Of a stretch of 64,000 nt of DNA, positions 1 through 10,394 are shown piece by piece. Origin of the DNA: Candidatus Bathyarchaeota archaeon (GTDB taxonomy: Archaea > Thermoproteota > Bathyarchaeia > 40CM-2-53-6); assembly GCA_963833125.1 (NCBI GenBank), contig CAWHWX010000009.1:1-64000 (forward strand), read 5' to 3'. Made by a program: the position numbers and the translations under genes. The number at the start of each line of letters is the position of its first letter. The stretch's first letter is position 1. A model generated the notes under the pieces. It was not told the DNA's origin. It was given only the letters and a program-made list of their open reading frames with translations, and did no database searches.

Positions 1-869
1 TTAGTTTTGACGCGTCCAGCCTCGTCTTGACGCCCAGCAGGTGAAGGTTAGCAACAACTTCAATCAAATTTGCGTTACCAACCCGCTCACCCAAGCCATT
101 CACGGTTCCCTGTACGTGCGAGGCTCCAGCCATTAGGCCAAATAGTGAGTTGGCTGTGGCCATACCACGATCGTTATGCGCATGAATCCCCACTGGAACC
201 CTAACTTCACCAACCACACGTCTGGTTGCTTCGTAAATTTCCGAAGGATAGGATCCGCCTCGGGTATCGCACAGTACGAGCGTCGATGCCCCCGCCTCTT
301 GTGCCCTCTCCAACGTTGAGAGGGCGTATTCAGGATCTGCCCTGAAGCCGTCAAAGAAGTGTTCAGCATCATAGATCACTTTTCGTCCGTGTGAGCGTAG
401 AAACTCTACCGAGTCGTGAATCATTCTTCTATTCTCCTGCAAGGTTGTTCCCAGAACCTTCTCAACTTGGAACGTCCACGACTTTCCGAAGATTGTGACC
501 GTTTCAGTCTTGGCCTTTAGAAGATAATCGAGGTTACGATCTTCGGACGTATGTGTATCTGCGCGGCGTGCTCATTCCGAAAGCGGTGACATGTGAGAAA
601 TCCTGTTTTTTCAAGGATTTCGCGAGTTTGAAGAATTCGACATCAGTCGGATTCGTTTCATTGGGCCAACCTGCTTCAACATAATCGACCGCGGCAGCGA
701 TGAAAGCTCTGGTAACCCTAAGTTTCTGGGTTGAGGTGAAGTTTACGCCTACTGACTGATTTCCGTCCGCAGTGTTGTGTCGTAAACTTCTACGGTCTCA
801 GGGAAATGTTTTGGAAGATTACTACTTTCGGCGACTGCAGTTTGGGGTATCGATAAATCGATCACTCAT
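1..869 (-). CDS. cimA: Citramalate synthase / alpha-isopropylmalate synthase family (partial, runs off window start; frameshifted)
   Basis: Not in the ORF track. Manual minus-strand translation gives VYDTTLR(D)G, IFGKSW, VIYDAEHFFDGF, LVLCDTRGG, GIHAHNDRGMATANSL and VQGTVNGLGERVGNANL, which are DRE-TIM motifs. GKSW and DAEHFFDG typify the CimA subfamily. Indels lie near 565, 770 and upstream. Confidence 0.85.
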
Positions 870-1167
870 TAGGAGTAGCCTTTTTCGTTGATTGTTGTGG
901 CTGTGATAAAAGTGTTCGCCATAACCACTTGCACGCCTAAACACATCCCTCAGAGTGGAATAATCGTGGAATCCTTTTCGGACCCGAATACGAGGTCAAT
1001 GCTTCTCGATGCCTCCAAGGAGCCTAGCTTGTCAACCACAAACTTTCGGCCTGAGTCCACATCATAGGTCTTTACCTTTGCTTACGTTTGTTGCGTCAGT
1101 CATGTGGCAGAGATTCAACCATTTCGGAGGACCCCCGGGACTGTGCCAGAGCTAAGTACGCCACCGC

Positions 1168-1548
1168 CTAGCGCCGTAGATAATTGTCTTTGCCTGTAAG
1201 CCAATCTTCTCGAGGAGGACTGAAACAGTCAAGGTCCAGCGTATCTTCGACCGCAACTGCACTATGCTCAACGTTCGATGGAATCACCAAAACCTCGCCC
1301 TCTTTCACAAGGGTATCTCTTCCGTTTATTGTGAATTTTAGCGCACCCTTTAGAATGACTGTGATTTGTTCGCTCACATGCTTGTGGGGTGGAACAACGC
1401 AACCCTTCAACAGGCGGATATAGCCGAGCATCTCGTTGTTTGCGGAGATAATCTTCCTCGAAAGCTTTGGATTCAGCCATTCTTCCTTTAGATCAGAGAG
1501 TCGATAGAATTTGACTTCGTCTTTCGCAAATGGTTTCGCATCAGACAA
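1168..1548 (-). CDS. Cupin domain protein
   Basis: PPHKHVSEQ...GEVLVIPSNVEHS cupin metal motifs; C-terminal FSPPREDW. Confidence 0.85.
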   Translation of the reverse strand: MSDAKPFAKDEVKFYRLSDLKEEWLNPKLSRKIISANNEMLGYIRLLKGCVVPPHKHVSEQITVILKGALKFTINGRDTLVKEGEVLVIPSNVEHSAVAVEDTLDLDCFSPPREDWLTGKDNYLRR

Positions 1549-1719
1549 GAAGATGACCTTGTTTCAATATCTGCTGCCGCAATATGTTAGTTTCTCTTCT
1601 ACTGGCGACGCCTCGATTATGGAATATTCGAAGGATACCCTTGGATTTCAGGAAAGACAGAATCTGTAGATGATCTTATTGCTCTTTCATCAACCCTTCT
1701 CCCAGCGTTACTTTCAGAG

Positions 1720-2693
1720 GTGGAAGGAGTGAAGGCGATTCTGGTTCATGAGTTCGGGTCACCAGAAGTTATGCAACTCAAGGAGATAGAAGACCTTCGT
1801 CCAGGCCCGAACCAGGTCGTTGTTCATGTAGAGGCCGCGGGAGTAAACCCCATGGACACTTACGTTCGGTCTGGGGTTTACGCCATGAAGCCTTCCCTTC
1901 CTTATACACCGGGCATAGAGGCTGCGGGGATTGTCGAAGGGCTCGGCGAGAACGTCAAAGACATTTCGTTGGGGACGCGAGTCTACGTCTCCGGGATTTT
2001 CAGGCTTTCAGCCTATTCAGAACAGATAGTTTGCGAAGCGGCTGACGTGCACCCGTTGCCGGCCCATTTATCATTCTCAGATGGAGCCGCCGTTGGTGTT
2101 GCGTATGTGACAGCTTATCAAGCATTATTTCAACGCGGTCATGCGGTCCCAGGCGAAACGGTACTGATTCACGGTGGTTCCGGCGGCGTTGGGATAGCCG
2201 CCATTCAGCTCTCCAGGGCAGCGGGGATGCGAGTGATCGCATCGGCCGGCACTGAGAAGGGAAGAAAGCTCATCCACGATGAAGGTGCGCAATACGTTCT
2301 TGACCACACAATATCGGGACACTTGGATCAGGTTTCGAAGTTAACGGCCGGTCAAGGTGCCGACATTATACTCGAGATGCTGGCAAACGTAAACCTAGGA
2401 CTTGATCTAAAGGCTCTGGCAAAGGGTGGGCGCGTCTTGATTGTGGGGAGTCGAGGGAAGGTAAGATTGACCCCAGAGACGCTATGACTCGAGACGCTGC
2501 GATTCTCGGAGTCTATCTCTTTAACATGGCAGATCACGAAAAAGCTGTCGCGTACTCCGCTATCGACTCGGGGCTAGAGAATCGGACCTTGCGTCCGATT
2601 GTTGGAAAGGAATTTCCTCTCACAGAAGCACCGCGTTCTCATCATGAAGTGATGCAGCCGGGTGCGTATGGCAAGATCGTGTTGATTCCCTAA
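1720..2693 (+). CDS. qor: NADPH:quinone oxidoreductase (zeta-crystallin/MDR family), one frameshift near 2480
   Basis: AAGVNPMD, PYTPGIEAAG, HGGSGGVG and C-terminal GKIVL, split over ORFs 1720-2487 and 2484-2693. Confidence 0.85.
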
Positions 2694-2845
2694 ACTATTC
2701 AATTTTACAAACGCTGGAACCGAAGCTCCTTGCCATGGATGTTGATTAGAATCTGCTATCGGTAAAGAACGGCGCAACACTTCATCACCCGTTGGGAAGC
2801 ACTAAATTGAGGGATGCGCTGCGACTTTAGTTCTAGGCGATTTAG

Positions 2846-3724
2846 TTGGAACGAAGGATTGGATTCATCGGGCTTGGCGTTATGGGTAAACCTATGGCAA
2901 CGAACCTCATCAAAGCCGGACACTCGCTGACGGTCTACGACCATCATCAAGAGAATGTTATGGCGTTGGAAAAGCTAGGCGCAAAACCTGCAGCCTCATC
3001 GATGGAGGTTGCCGCGCAGAGTGATGTTATCATCACGATGCTCCCGGACACGCCAAACGTGGAGGAAGCTGCCTTAGGTTCGCACGGCGTTTTCACCGGG
3101 ATAAAAGCAGGCTCCACATACATCGATATGAGCACTATCTCCCCGATAGTAACTAGGAAAATCGCTGAGCTAGCCAGAGGAAAAGGTGTGGCCACGCTTG
3201 ACGCCCCCGTTAGTGGAGGTGAAAAAGGGGCGATGGAAGCGTCACTCACAATAATGGTCGGTGGGGCCAAGAAGGATTTCGATGATTCCCTTCCCATTCT
3301 TCAAACGCTCGGCAAAAACATCATACATTGTGGAGGAACTGGAGCAGGGCAGACGGTGAAGGCCTGCAATCAGATCCTGGTTGCAGGAGTCCTAGAAACC
3401 GCAAGTGAAGCCCTTGTTCTCGGTACCAAGGCTGGCGTTGACCCCGCCCTCGTGCTGAAAGTGATCGCCAACGGTTACGCCATGCGAGTTCTCGACTCGC
3501 GAGGCCCGCTTATGTTGAAAGAGGATTTTAGACCAGGGTTCAAGGCCCGACTCCACTACAAGGATTTGTCCATCGCCATGGCTTTAGGTTCCGAGTACAA
3601 TGTGCCGCTACCTGTAACCGGTTTGGTACGCGAAATGATGGGGGCCATGAAGGCTCTGGGACGCGAGGATTACGATCATTCAGGCATCATAACGATCCTC
3701 GATGACCTGGCGGGAAAAAAGTGA
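2846..3724 (+). CDS. garR: 2-hydroxy-3-oxopropionate reductase / beta-hydroxyacid dehydrogenase
   Basis: IGFIGLGVMGKPMA, LDAPVSGGEKGA, GAGQTVKACNQI, FRPGF..LHYKDL. Confidence 0.8.
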   Translation: MERRIGFIGLGVMGKPMATNLIKAGHSLTVYDHHQENVMALEKLGAKPAASSMEVAAQSDVIITMLPDTPNVEEAALGSHGVFTGIKAGSTYIDMSTISPIVTRKIAELARGKGVATLDAPVSGGEKGAMEASLTIMVGGAKKDFDDSLPILQTLGKNIIHCGGTGAGQTVKACNQILVAGVLETASEALVLGTKAGVDPALVLKVIANGYAMRVLDSRGPLMLKEDFRPGFKARLHYKDLSIAMALGSEYNVPLPVTGLVREMMGAMKALGREDYDHSGIITILDDLAGKK

Positions 3725-3848
3725 CGAAATCCCCCGACTGGCTCCTAATGGATAACCTGCCACGTCAGTATTGGCTCACATCTATCTTTGTTGCTAACAC
3801 GCTGGGCGGACATTTCTTCTTAGATTGATCGACTTGATGCTTGCAAGT

Positions 3849-3869
3849 ATGGTGCGGGGGAGGGGATTC
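3849..3869 (-). repeat. att-like copy of the tRNA-Leu 3' end (21-bp direct repeat with 6772-6792)
   Basis: atggtgcgggggaggggattc occurs identically at 3849-3869 and 6772-6792. Confidence 0.9.
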
Positions 3870-3897
3870 TGACGCCAATTTACCGGTACATATAACC

Positions 3898-3983
3898 GGT
3901 TCAAGTTTCGGTGCTCGCACCAACCTACCTACCCACACACAATTACGACGAACGACGAGGTTCAAATTCCGACGCTCGCACCA
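3898..3983 (+). repeat. Two degenerate 25-bp tRNA-3'-end-like repeats (3898-3922, 3959-3983)
   Basis: GGTTCAAGTTTCGGTGCTCGCACCA and GGTTCAAATTCCGACGCTCGCACCA; 21/25 identical, with a T-loop-like start and CGCACCA end. Confidence 0.6.
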
Positions 3984-4262
3984 GCTAGACCACACACACT
4001 AAAACATGAATCCAGGCGCTGCGCCGTTTCGATAGGATTCCGCCAAACACAGAGCCGTCAATGCTTAGATAACGCTGGACTGTGGTTTGTCAATCCGTCC
4101 TTGAAGATGCTGAAAGAATGGGGCTGAATAGGTTAGGCCAGATCCGCAGGCCGTGTTAGATATATACGCCGCGCCATTTTAGAGCGTCTTCAAAATCCAA
4201 GCGACATCTTCCGAGAAGAAAAACACGTTTGAGCCGAGTCAAGGAGAGTCCCACGACAGAAC

Positions 4263-5444
4263 GTGAGAAAAAACGGTGCGAGAATGAGAATTCTTATCGG
4301 ATGCGAGGTGTTCTATCCCTACCTGTACGGTGGAGGCGAAGTATTCGCTTATCATATCGCTCGCAATCTTGCAAAACGGGGACACGATGTTCATGTGATT
4401 TGTCCGCAACGAAGTTTTGACGACCCGCTCGATGTTCGTGCTCCTTCGATCGTTGACGAAGTTCACATTCATCGCGTAAGGGGTGAGTTCAGTTACAAAT
4501 CGGCGCTAGGATCCTTGCCTTTTCTTTTCCGCTTTTTCCGCGAAACCTCAAGGCTAGTCAAAGAGCTGGACATAGAAATTATCAATCCACAGCTTTTTCG
4601 TCCGTGTCTTCCTCACTATCTTGCGTCGCGATTGAAGAACACTCCATGTGTGGTGACCGCTTTCGACATTTACTCGGGAGGCGGCTCACTCGGCCTCGAA
4701 AATTGGTTGCGAGTTCACGGTCATGTCGGTGTCTTTGCTTGGTCTTTGGAACAATCCATCCTCAGGCTACCATATGACAGGGTAATCACAAATTCGGTGT
4801 CCGTGAGGCGCAAACTAGTACGCTATTTCAGTCCTGAACGCATTGATGTGGTGAACTGCGGGATCGATATTGAAGCTTTTCCCAAAGATTACCCTCGAAA
4901 GATTCCGGGGCGGATACTGTTCCTGGGGAGAATGATCCCCTACAAAAATCCAACGGATCTCGTCAAAGCGGTTAAGGCAGTCCAGAAGCATAAGCCGAAT
5001 GTTTCCGTTATTTTAGCAGGGTCCGGGCCTTTGGAGGACCAGATTGCGAAAATTGAATCGCGAACGAAAAATGTGACTTTTATAAGAAGGCCATCTCACA
5101 GTCAAAAAATCAAGCTTCTTCGCGAAGCAGAAGTCCTAGTTCTTCCTAGCTCGGAAGAAGGATTTGGAATCACACTTCTTGAGGCCAACGCGGCCTATAC
5201 GCCCTATGTCTGCTACGACATTCCCGCATTGAGGGAACTGACGGCGACCCTCAAAGGTGGTTTACTTGCTGCTCATGGCAATATAGAAGATTTGGCGAAC
5301 AAAATCCTGATCTTGCTGGAGAATGCTGATATGGCACGTGGTCTAGCCGAGACCGGACGGAAAGCAGTAGAGGACGAAAGATTCTCCTGGAGAGATGTGG
5401 CTTTAAGGGTTGAGGAAGTCTATCGAAAAGCCTGCTCTAAGTAG
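4263..5444 (+). CDS. Glycosyltransferase family 4
   Basis: FYPYLYGGGE, LFLGRMIPYKN, LPSSEEGFGITLLEA; likely ATG start at 4284. Confidence 0.9.
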   Translation: MRKNGARMRILIGCEVFYPYLYGGGEVFAYHIARNLAKRGHDVHVICPQRSFDDPLDVRAPSIVDEVHIHRVRGEFSYKSALGSLPFLFRFFRETSRLVKELDIEIINPQLFRPCLPHYLASRLKNTPCVVTAFDIYSGGGSLGLENWLRVHGHVGVFAWSLEQSILRLPYDRVITNSVSVRRKLVRYFSPERIDVVNCGIDIEAFPKDYPRKIPGRILFLGRMIPYKNPTDLVKAVKAVQKHKPNVSVILAGSGPLEDQIAKIESRTKNVTFIRRPSHSQKIKLLREAEVLVLPSSEEGFGITLLEANAAYTPYVCYDIPALRELTATLKGGLLAAHGNIEDLANKILILLENADMARGLAETGRKAVEDERFSWRDVALRVEEVYRKACSK

Positions 5445-6285
5445 CCTCAGCAATAATGCCAATTTGCAATCCTAGGAGGCCTCGCGGTAGGTACATTCGA
5501 TCCAGCCTCTGAATGGTCTGGAGAATTGCGCCAAGCAGCCCTTTGCGATTGAATCTCCTACTTGTGAGAAAACGTTTGATTCGGTACAAAGGCCGAACGG
5601 CCGCAGGTATATCTCTAAGATTGAACAGAGAGTAGGAGAAGAAAGGATAGAAGACTTCAAGCCCGTTGCTGCCTTTTGCCGTGAAACCTGCGTTTTTCAT
5701 GTAGGCTCCGAGTTCAGCTCGGGTAAATGGAAGGTCAAAAAGCTCCAAGTGGCTCCGGCTTCTGACAAATTCCTCCAAGTGGTAGAAAGGGTTGAGAACG
5801 TTTGGAACGAAAATCAGTAAGCGTGCGCCCTTCTTTGCTATTCGCCGGATCTCAGTGAATGCGCGTGCTCTATCTCGAGGAAGGAGGTGTTCGTGGGTAC
5901 CTTCTGCCCAAAGAATGTCAAAGAGCTTGTCCCTGAGAGGAAGTCGTTGTACGTCGCATCGAATTATGTGACTTGATACACCAAGTCTCCGAGCATTGTC
6001 TTTTGCAAGAGAAGTAGCGATCTTTGTAAAGTCTATTAGCACTGGCCGAAGGGAGTACTTCTTAGCAAAGTGAAGCGTTCGGAGAGCGGACCCACAACCT
6101 AGCTCGATCATAGCATCATGTTCGCGCGGGCAAATTGACTCCTCCAAAATCCTCAGGAATGAATCGTCCCGAGAGATTGCTCTCAAAGGATTTTTCGCGA
6201 TTACTACCTCGTGGTATCTCGGTGTATTTGTTATCTCTCTTGTCACTTGAACCAAGAAAAATGACCTTCTACATAAAAGAAACAT
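5437..6285 (-). CDS. Class I SAM-dependent methyltransferase
   Basis: IELGCGSA motif I, CDVQRLPL, FDIL, EIRRIAKKGA. Confidence 0.8.
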   Translation of the reverse strand: MFLLCRRSFFLVQVTREITNTPRYHEVVIAKNPLRAISRDDSFLRILEESICPREHDAMIELGCGSALRTLHFAKKYSLRPVLIDFTKIATSLAKDNARRLGVSSHIIRCDVQRLPLRDKLFDILWAEGTHEHLLPRDRARAFTEIRRIAKKGARLLIFVPNVLNPFYHLEEFVRSRSHLELFDLPFTRAELGAYMKNAGFTAKGSNGLEVFYPFFSYSLFNLRDIPAAVRPLYRIKRFLTSRRFNRKGLLGAILQTIQRLDRMYLPRGLLGLQIGIIAEAT

Positions 6286-6531
6286 TTGAGGAGTTCACAG
6301 AGTCAAGTGAAACGCGTTCGGGACCGTGCAATTGGACATTTTTCCTTTCTTGTTTTTTGGAACACACTTGTCGTGTGCGTGTTATCTTATGAGGGATACT
6401 TTGACCACGGACGCAGCCTTAACTATAATCTTGGGGTTAGTGTATAAAGGCAGGATGCCGGATGCTTTTGTGAAGTCGATAAATGCAGTCTTTTCTTTGT
6501 GAAACCGATATCTATTTCGCGTCGGCAGCTA

Positions 6532-6772
6532 TCAGGAACGGCAAATATGATTCGGATTTTTCACGTCTGAAACGGGAAACTTGCTCGTAGCTATACCTTG
6601 AGTTGAGTTCGTGATAGACCCTAACTCAACGCTATCCCTTCTCACCTTGTCCAATATCTCGTATGTTGCCGCCCTTATGGTTGAATCCCTGTAACCCTCA
6701 CGTTTCATCCAATACGCATGTTCAGCTATCTTCGCTGCGATGGTGGGGGAGAGAGTTCTGGGAGCTTCAAAA
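6532..6772 (-). pseudogene. Truncated tyrosine-integrase-like fragment reading out of the att site
   Basis: The frame through att (ESPPPHH) continues as KIAEHAYWMKREGYRDSTIRAA. From memory this resembles the N-terminal SAM-like segment of archaeal integrases (not searched). No catalytic domain follows. Confidence 0.5.
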
Positions 6773-6961
<189 letters not shown>

Positions 6962-7224
6962 AACAGCCAGAGGCTTACCCCGCACACAAATTCAGGTACG
7001 CAGGTGGACACCACATAAAGCTACTGGGTTAATTTGTGCCACTTCTTCAAATCCGACAAGTCATTATCCGTTAATCCCCAACCCTCCACGAAAGCAGTTT
7101 CTTGATGGCATAGTCACGAGTCTGAGGGTTAGGCCGTTTGCCAACCTGTTCGGAGGCAAACAGTCCGTCGCGGGTCGAAAGAGGGAATCGAGCGGTATTG
7201 GTTATATGGGGTTCAAATTAGCTA

Positions 7225-8017
7225 TTGGAAGAAAAGAAGGCAGGCCAATTGCGGGAACCGGAAACTGTGAAATGGAAAAAGCATGATAAAATTGCCCGCG
7301 TAATCCTAAACCGACCAGCCGTTCTAAACGCTGTAGACAATCGAGCCACAATGGATCTCAACACTGTTGCCAGCCGAATTGCCGAAGACAGTGACGTGCG
7401 CGTCGTCGTCATTATGGGCGCTGGTCGTTCGTTCTGCACTGGTATCGATCTAAGACAATTGTCAACGAACCAAATTGACATGAAATATTTCGACCGCTGG
7501 GAACGTGCCCTGCGCGTCTTCGAAGAGATGGACAAAATAGTAGTCGCGGCTATCAAACAGTACTGTTTGGGAGGCGGGTTGCAGTTGGCACTCGCTTGCG
7601 ACATACGGATCGCCGCTAGTAACGCCATACTAGGCCTACCGGGGATCAAAGAAGGACTTGTTCCAGGGATGGGAACGTGGCGATTGCCTCGCTATGTGGG
7701 ACTGGGACCGCGCGAAACGATTCATTCTTTCAGGCGAGGATATCTCAGCGAGGGATGCCCTCGCAATGGGACTGGTAGATTACGTTATTCCTTCATCGCA
7801 ATTCAATCGACGAGTTGAAAAAATCCTAAAACATTATGTGAAGGTTTGCTCAGTTGCCACAATTCAATCCAAGCTCCTCGTAAATCGGAGCTTCGATCAT
7901 GAATACGACCCGTTCGGCCGATCGTATATCGAAGCGCAGCAAAGGGCTGTTGGCTCGGAAGATCATCACGAAGCGAGACGAGCATATCTGCAGAAGCGTG
8001 AGCCAGTGTTCAACTAG
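7225..8017 (+). CDS. Enoyl-CoA hydratase/isomerase (crotonase) family, frameshift near 7710
   Basis: LNRPAVLNA, GAGRSFCTGIDL, CLGGGLQLALACDIRIA; C-terminal KREPVF in a second frame. Confidence 0.85.
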
Positions 8018-8139
8018 ATGATCGAGTTCTCGATTTCACGCACTTCGTCAAACTCAGGCTAGTCAACTTCAATCGTGACGTTTTGCCAGTTGGGCTCTCC
8101 TGAGGATAGTTCACGGGCTGAAGACATCTGGGAAATTCG

Positions 8140-9013
8140 TTACTTCTCCCCAACTACCACAATCAACGTGAACAACATGATTCCCGTGAAGAAAGCTAGT
8201 ACTCCTGCGATTCCGGACGCTACAGAGATGAGGGCAAGATTCGTTATTACGCGCCCAGCGATGGTAATAGTCTAGCGTGATTGTCCCGTAAAAGACAGAG
8301 TTGGCCAACGCAACCAACCCGAAGCCGCAGTAAAAGAGCAGAGGGTGTCTGATGGAGACGAATTTGACCAAACCAAGGAAGACATCGAGTGCGTGTATTA
8401 GTGGGTTGTGAGTGGAGGTTTCCAGACCCGTGTAAGCTACGAGCACGGGGACTTCGACAATACGCATTCCAGCCCGGTCGGCTTTAACGAGTATTTGGGA
8501 GTCGGCTGCCATTCCGTCCTCAGTAGGGGCAAGAGATTCGATTGCCCTACGAGAATAGGCTCTAAACCCACACTGAGCATCAACCACTTTTCCCTCGACT
8601 CTGACGTTGACAGCCAAGTTTAGGAGGCGTACTCCTATCCACCGCGCAAATGGCATGTCCAGCGGTTTCGCGATGCGACTTCCCAGAGCAACATCCGCAT
8701 GATTCGCCTCTAACGCGTCGATCAGCATCGGTATCTTGGCAGGATCGTGTTGGCCGTCAGCATCTATCGTCACTAGGACATCCGCTCCAATGTGCTTTGC
8801 CCACGCGAAGGCGTCCCAAAGTGCGGCACCTTTGCCGATATTCCTGCTATGCTTAGTGAGCGAGACGCCTAGGGATTCCGAAATCAGCGCCGTGTCGTCC
8901 TTGCTGCCGTCGTCGATAACAAGTATTTCGTCAGCGTACTTGCGCGATTTGATGACGATCTTCGCTATCGATTTCTCTTCATTATAAGCTGGGATCGCAA
9001 CCGCAACAATCAA
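8140..9013 (-). CDS. GT2 Dol-P-sugar synthase-like glycosyltransferase with C-terminal TM helices, frameshift near 8255
   Basis: IPAYNEE, DDGSKD, DADGQHDP, DAQCGFRA; the alternative frame gives the hydrophobic tail seen in paralogue 47532-48443. Confidence 0.85.
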
Positions 9014-9264
9014 CGAGTCAGCCTCTACGCTTCTTTAACTAGCCCTACTTAAAACGTCAATCACCGATATTGAAGTTAACTAGAAAATATATGGGTAACA
9101 AAACAAATGTAAGCACGCGAATGGCATGCATCCAACGAATAGTTACCATTGTTTGCGAACGGAATCGAAGTAATCTCGAGATAGGTCCCAAGAGAGACCC
9201 ACGGGGCTCTCAATGAGGAAAGTCTGGTTGAGGGAGATAGTATTAATGGGCCGGGCTAAATAAA

Positions 9265-10377
9265 TTGAAAATCTGCTTTCTTACGTCGCAATACCCGCCG
9301 GACCATGGTGGAATCAGCACCTACGCAAATCAAATTACGAAGGCTCTCGTCAAAAGAGATCACGAAGTTCTAGTATTGACTCGCAATGTAAAGGATGAGC
9401 CTAAGACGGAGACGATGTATGGTGTAGATGTTTGCCGAGTTCCCGGATTGCGTATTCCACCGCTCATTTTGAGTCACGGTTTCGTCTCTTCGCTCAGACT
9501 GAGGCACGAGTTCAAACCTGATGTGTTGCATGTGAATCATCCAGGCGTATGGCTTTGGGGAAAGCCATGCAGGAGGATTGTAACGACGATTCATACCACG
9601 ATCGGTAACGAACAAATGGCTTCAGTCGGATTGTCGCGCTACGCGGTGAGTGTAGGGCTAACTTGGCCAATTCTGCGAGGGTTTGAGAGAGACCTAGCGA
9701 AGAAATCTACAGGGGTAATCTGTGTCAGCCAAGAAACCGCCACATCGATCTCAAAAGCTGCGTCGTTCCCGGTCAAAGTCAGGGTAATGCACAACGGAGT
9801 CTCAGCGGAGTGGTTCACCCTGGCACGATCACCACTTACGAACATGATTCTCTACGTTGGCAGTCTCGTTGAGAGGAAGGGGGTAAATTTTCTATTGCAC
9901 GCATTCAAGGAAGTTAAGTCTAGGTTCCCAAGTGCGGAACTCGTCATAGTCGGAAATGGCCCCCTCAAACGGCAATTATCCAATACTGTCCAACGGCTGG
10001 AAATGGGCAAGAGCGTTCTCTTCACGGGCCCCGCGAACGAATCCCGCCTTCTGGAATTGTATTCGAAAGCTACCTGCCTCGTACTTCCTTCATTATTTGA
10101 AGACTGTCCATATTCTGTGCTTCAGGCCCTTGCAGCAGGCGTCCCAGTAATCTCGACTAGAGTCGGCGGAATACCTGAGATCGTTCAGGATAGCGGAATA
10201 CTCGTTCCTCCCCGGGATAGCTCCTCTCTCGCCGATGCCATCATTAGAATAATGAGCGATAAGGAACTAAGCCGATCGCTCGTGGAAAACGGGCGACGAT
10301 TAGCATTACGTAGGTACACAATTGAAAAGTGCTTAGATTCGCTCGAAGAAGTTTACGCTGAAGTGCTTGCAACCTGA
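9265..10377 (+). CDS. Glycosyltransferase family 4
   Basis: YPPDHGGI, YVGSLVERKG, LPSLFED...ALAAGVPVISTRVGGIPE. Confidence 0.9.
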   Translation: MKICFLTSQYPPDHGGISTYANQITKALVKRDHEVLVLTRNVKDEPKTETMYGVDVCRVPGLRIPPLILSHGFVSSLRLRHEFKPDVLHVNHPGVWLWGKPCRRIVTTIHTTIGNEQMASVGLSRYAVSVGLTWPILRGFERDLAKKSTGVICVSQETATSISKAASFPVKVRVMHNGVSAEWFTLARSPLTNMILYVGSLVERKGVNFLLHAFKEVKSRFPSAELVIVGNGPLKRQLSNTVQRLEMGKSVLFTGPANESRLLELYSKATCLVLPSLFEDCPYSVLQALAAGVPVISTRVGGIPEIVQDSGILVPPRDSSSLADAIIRIMSDKELSRSLVENGRRLALRRYTIEKCLDSLEEVYAEVLAT

Positions 10378-10394
10378 TCCAGTTAGGAGATTGG

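Noticed and set aside
6962-6983. Possible fifth intron in the acceptor stem using the upstream GCGGGG as the true 5' end
   Set aside because: No acceptable 4-bp central helix with 3-nt bulges could be built, and 6961 already gives a full 7-bp acceptor stem. Reported instead as a leader element.
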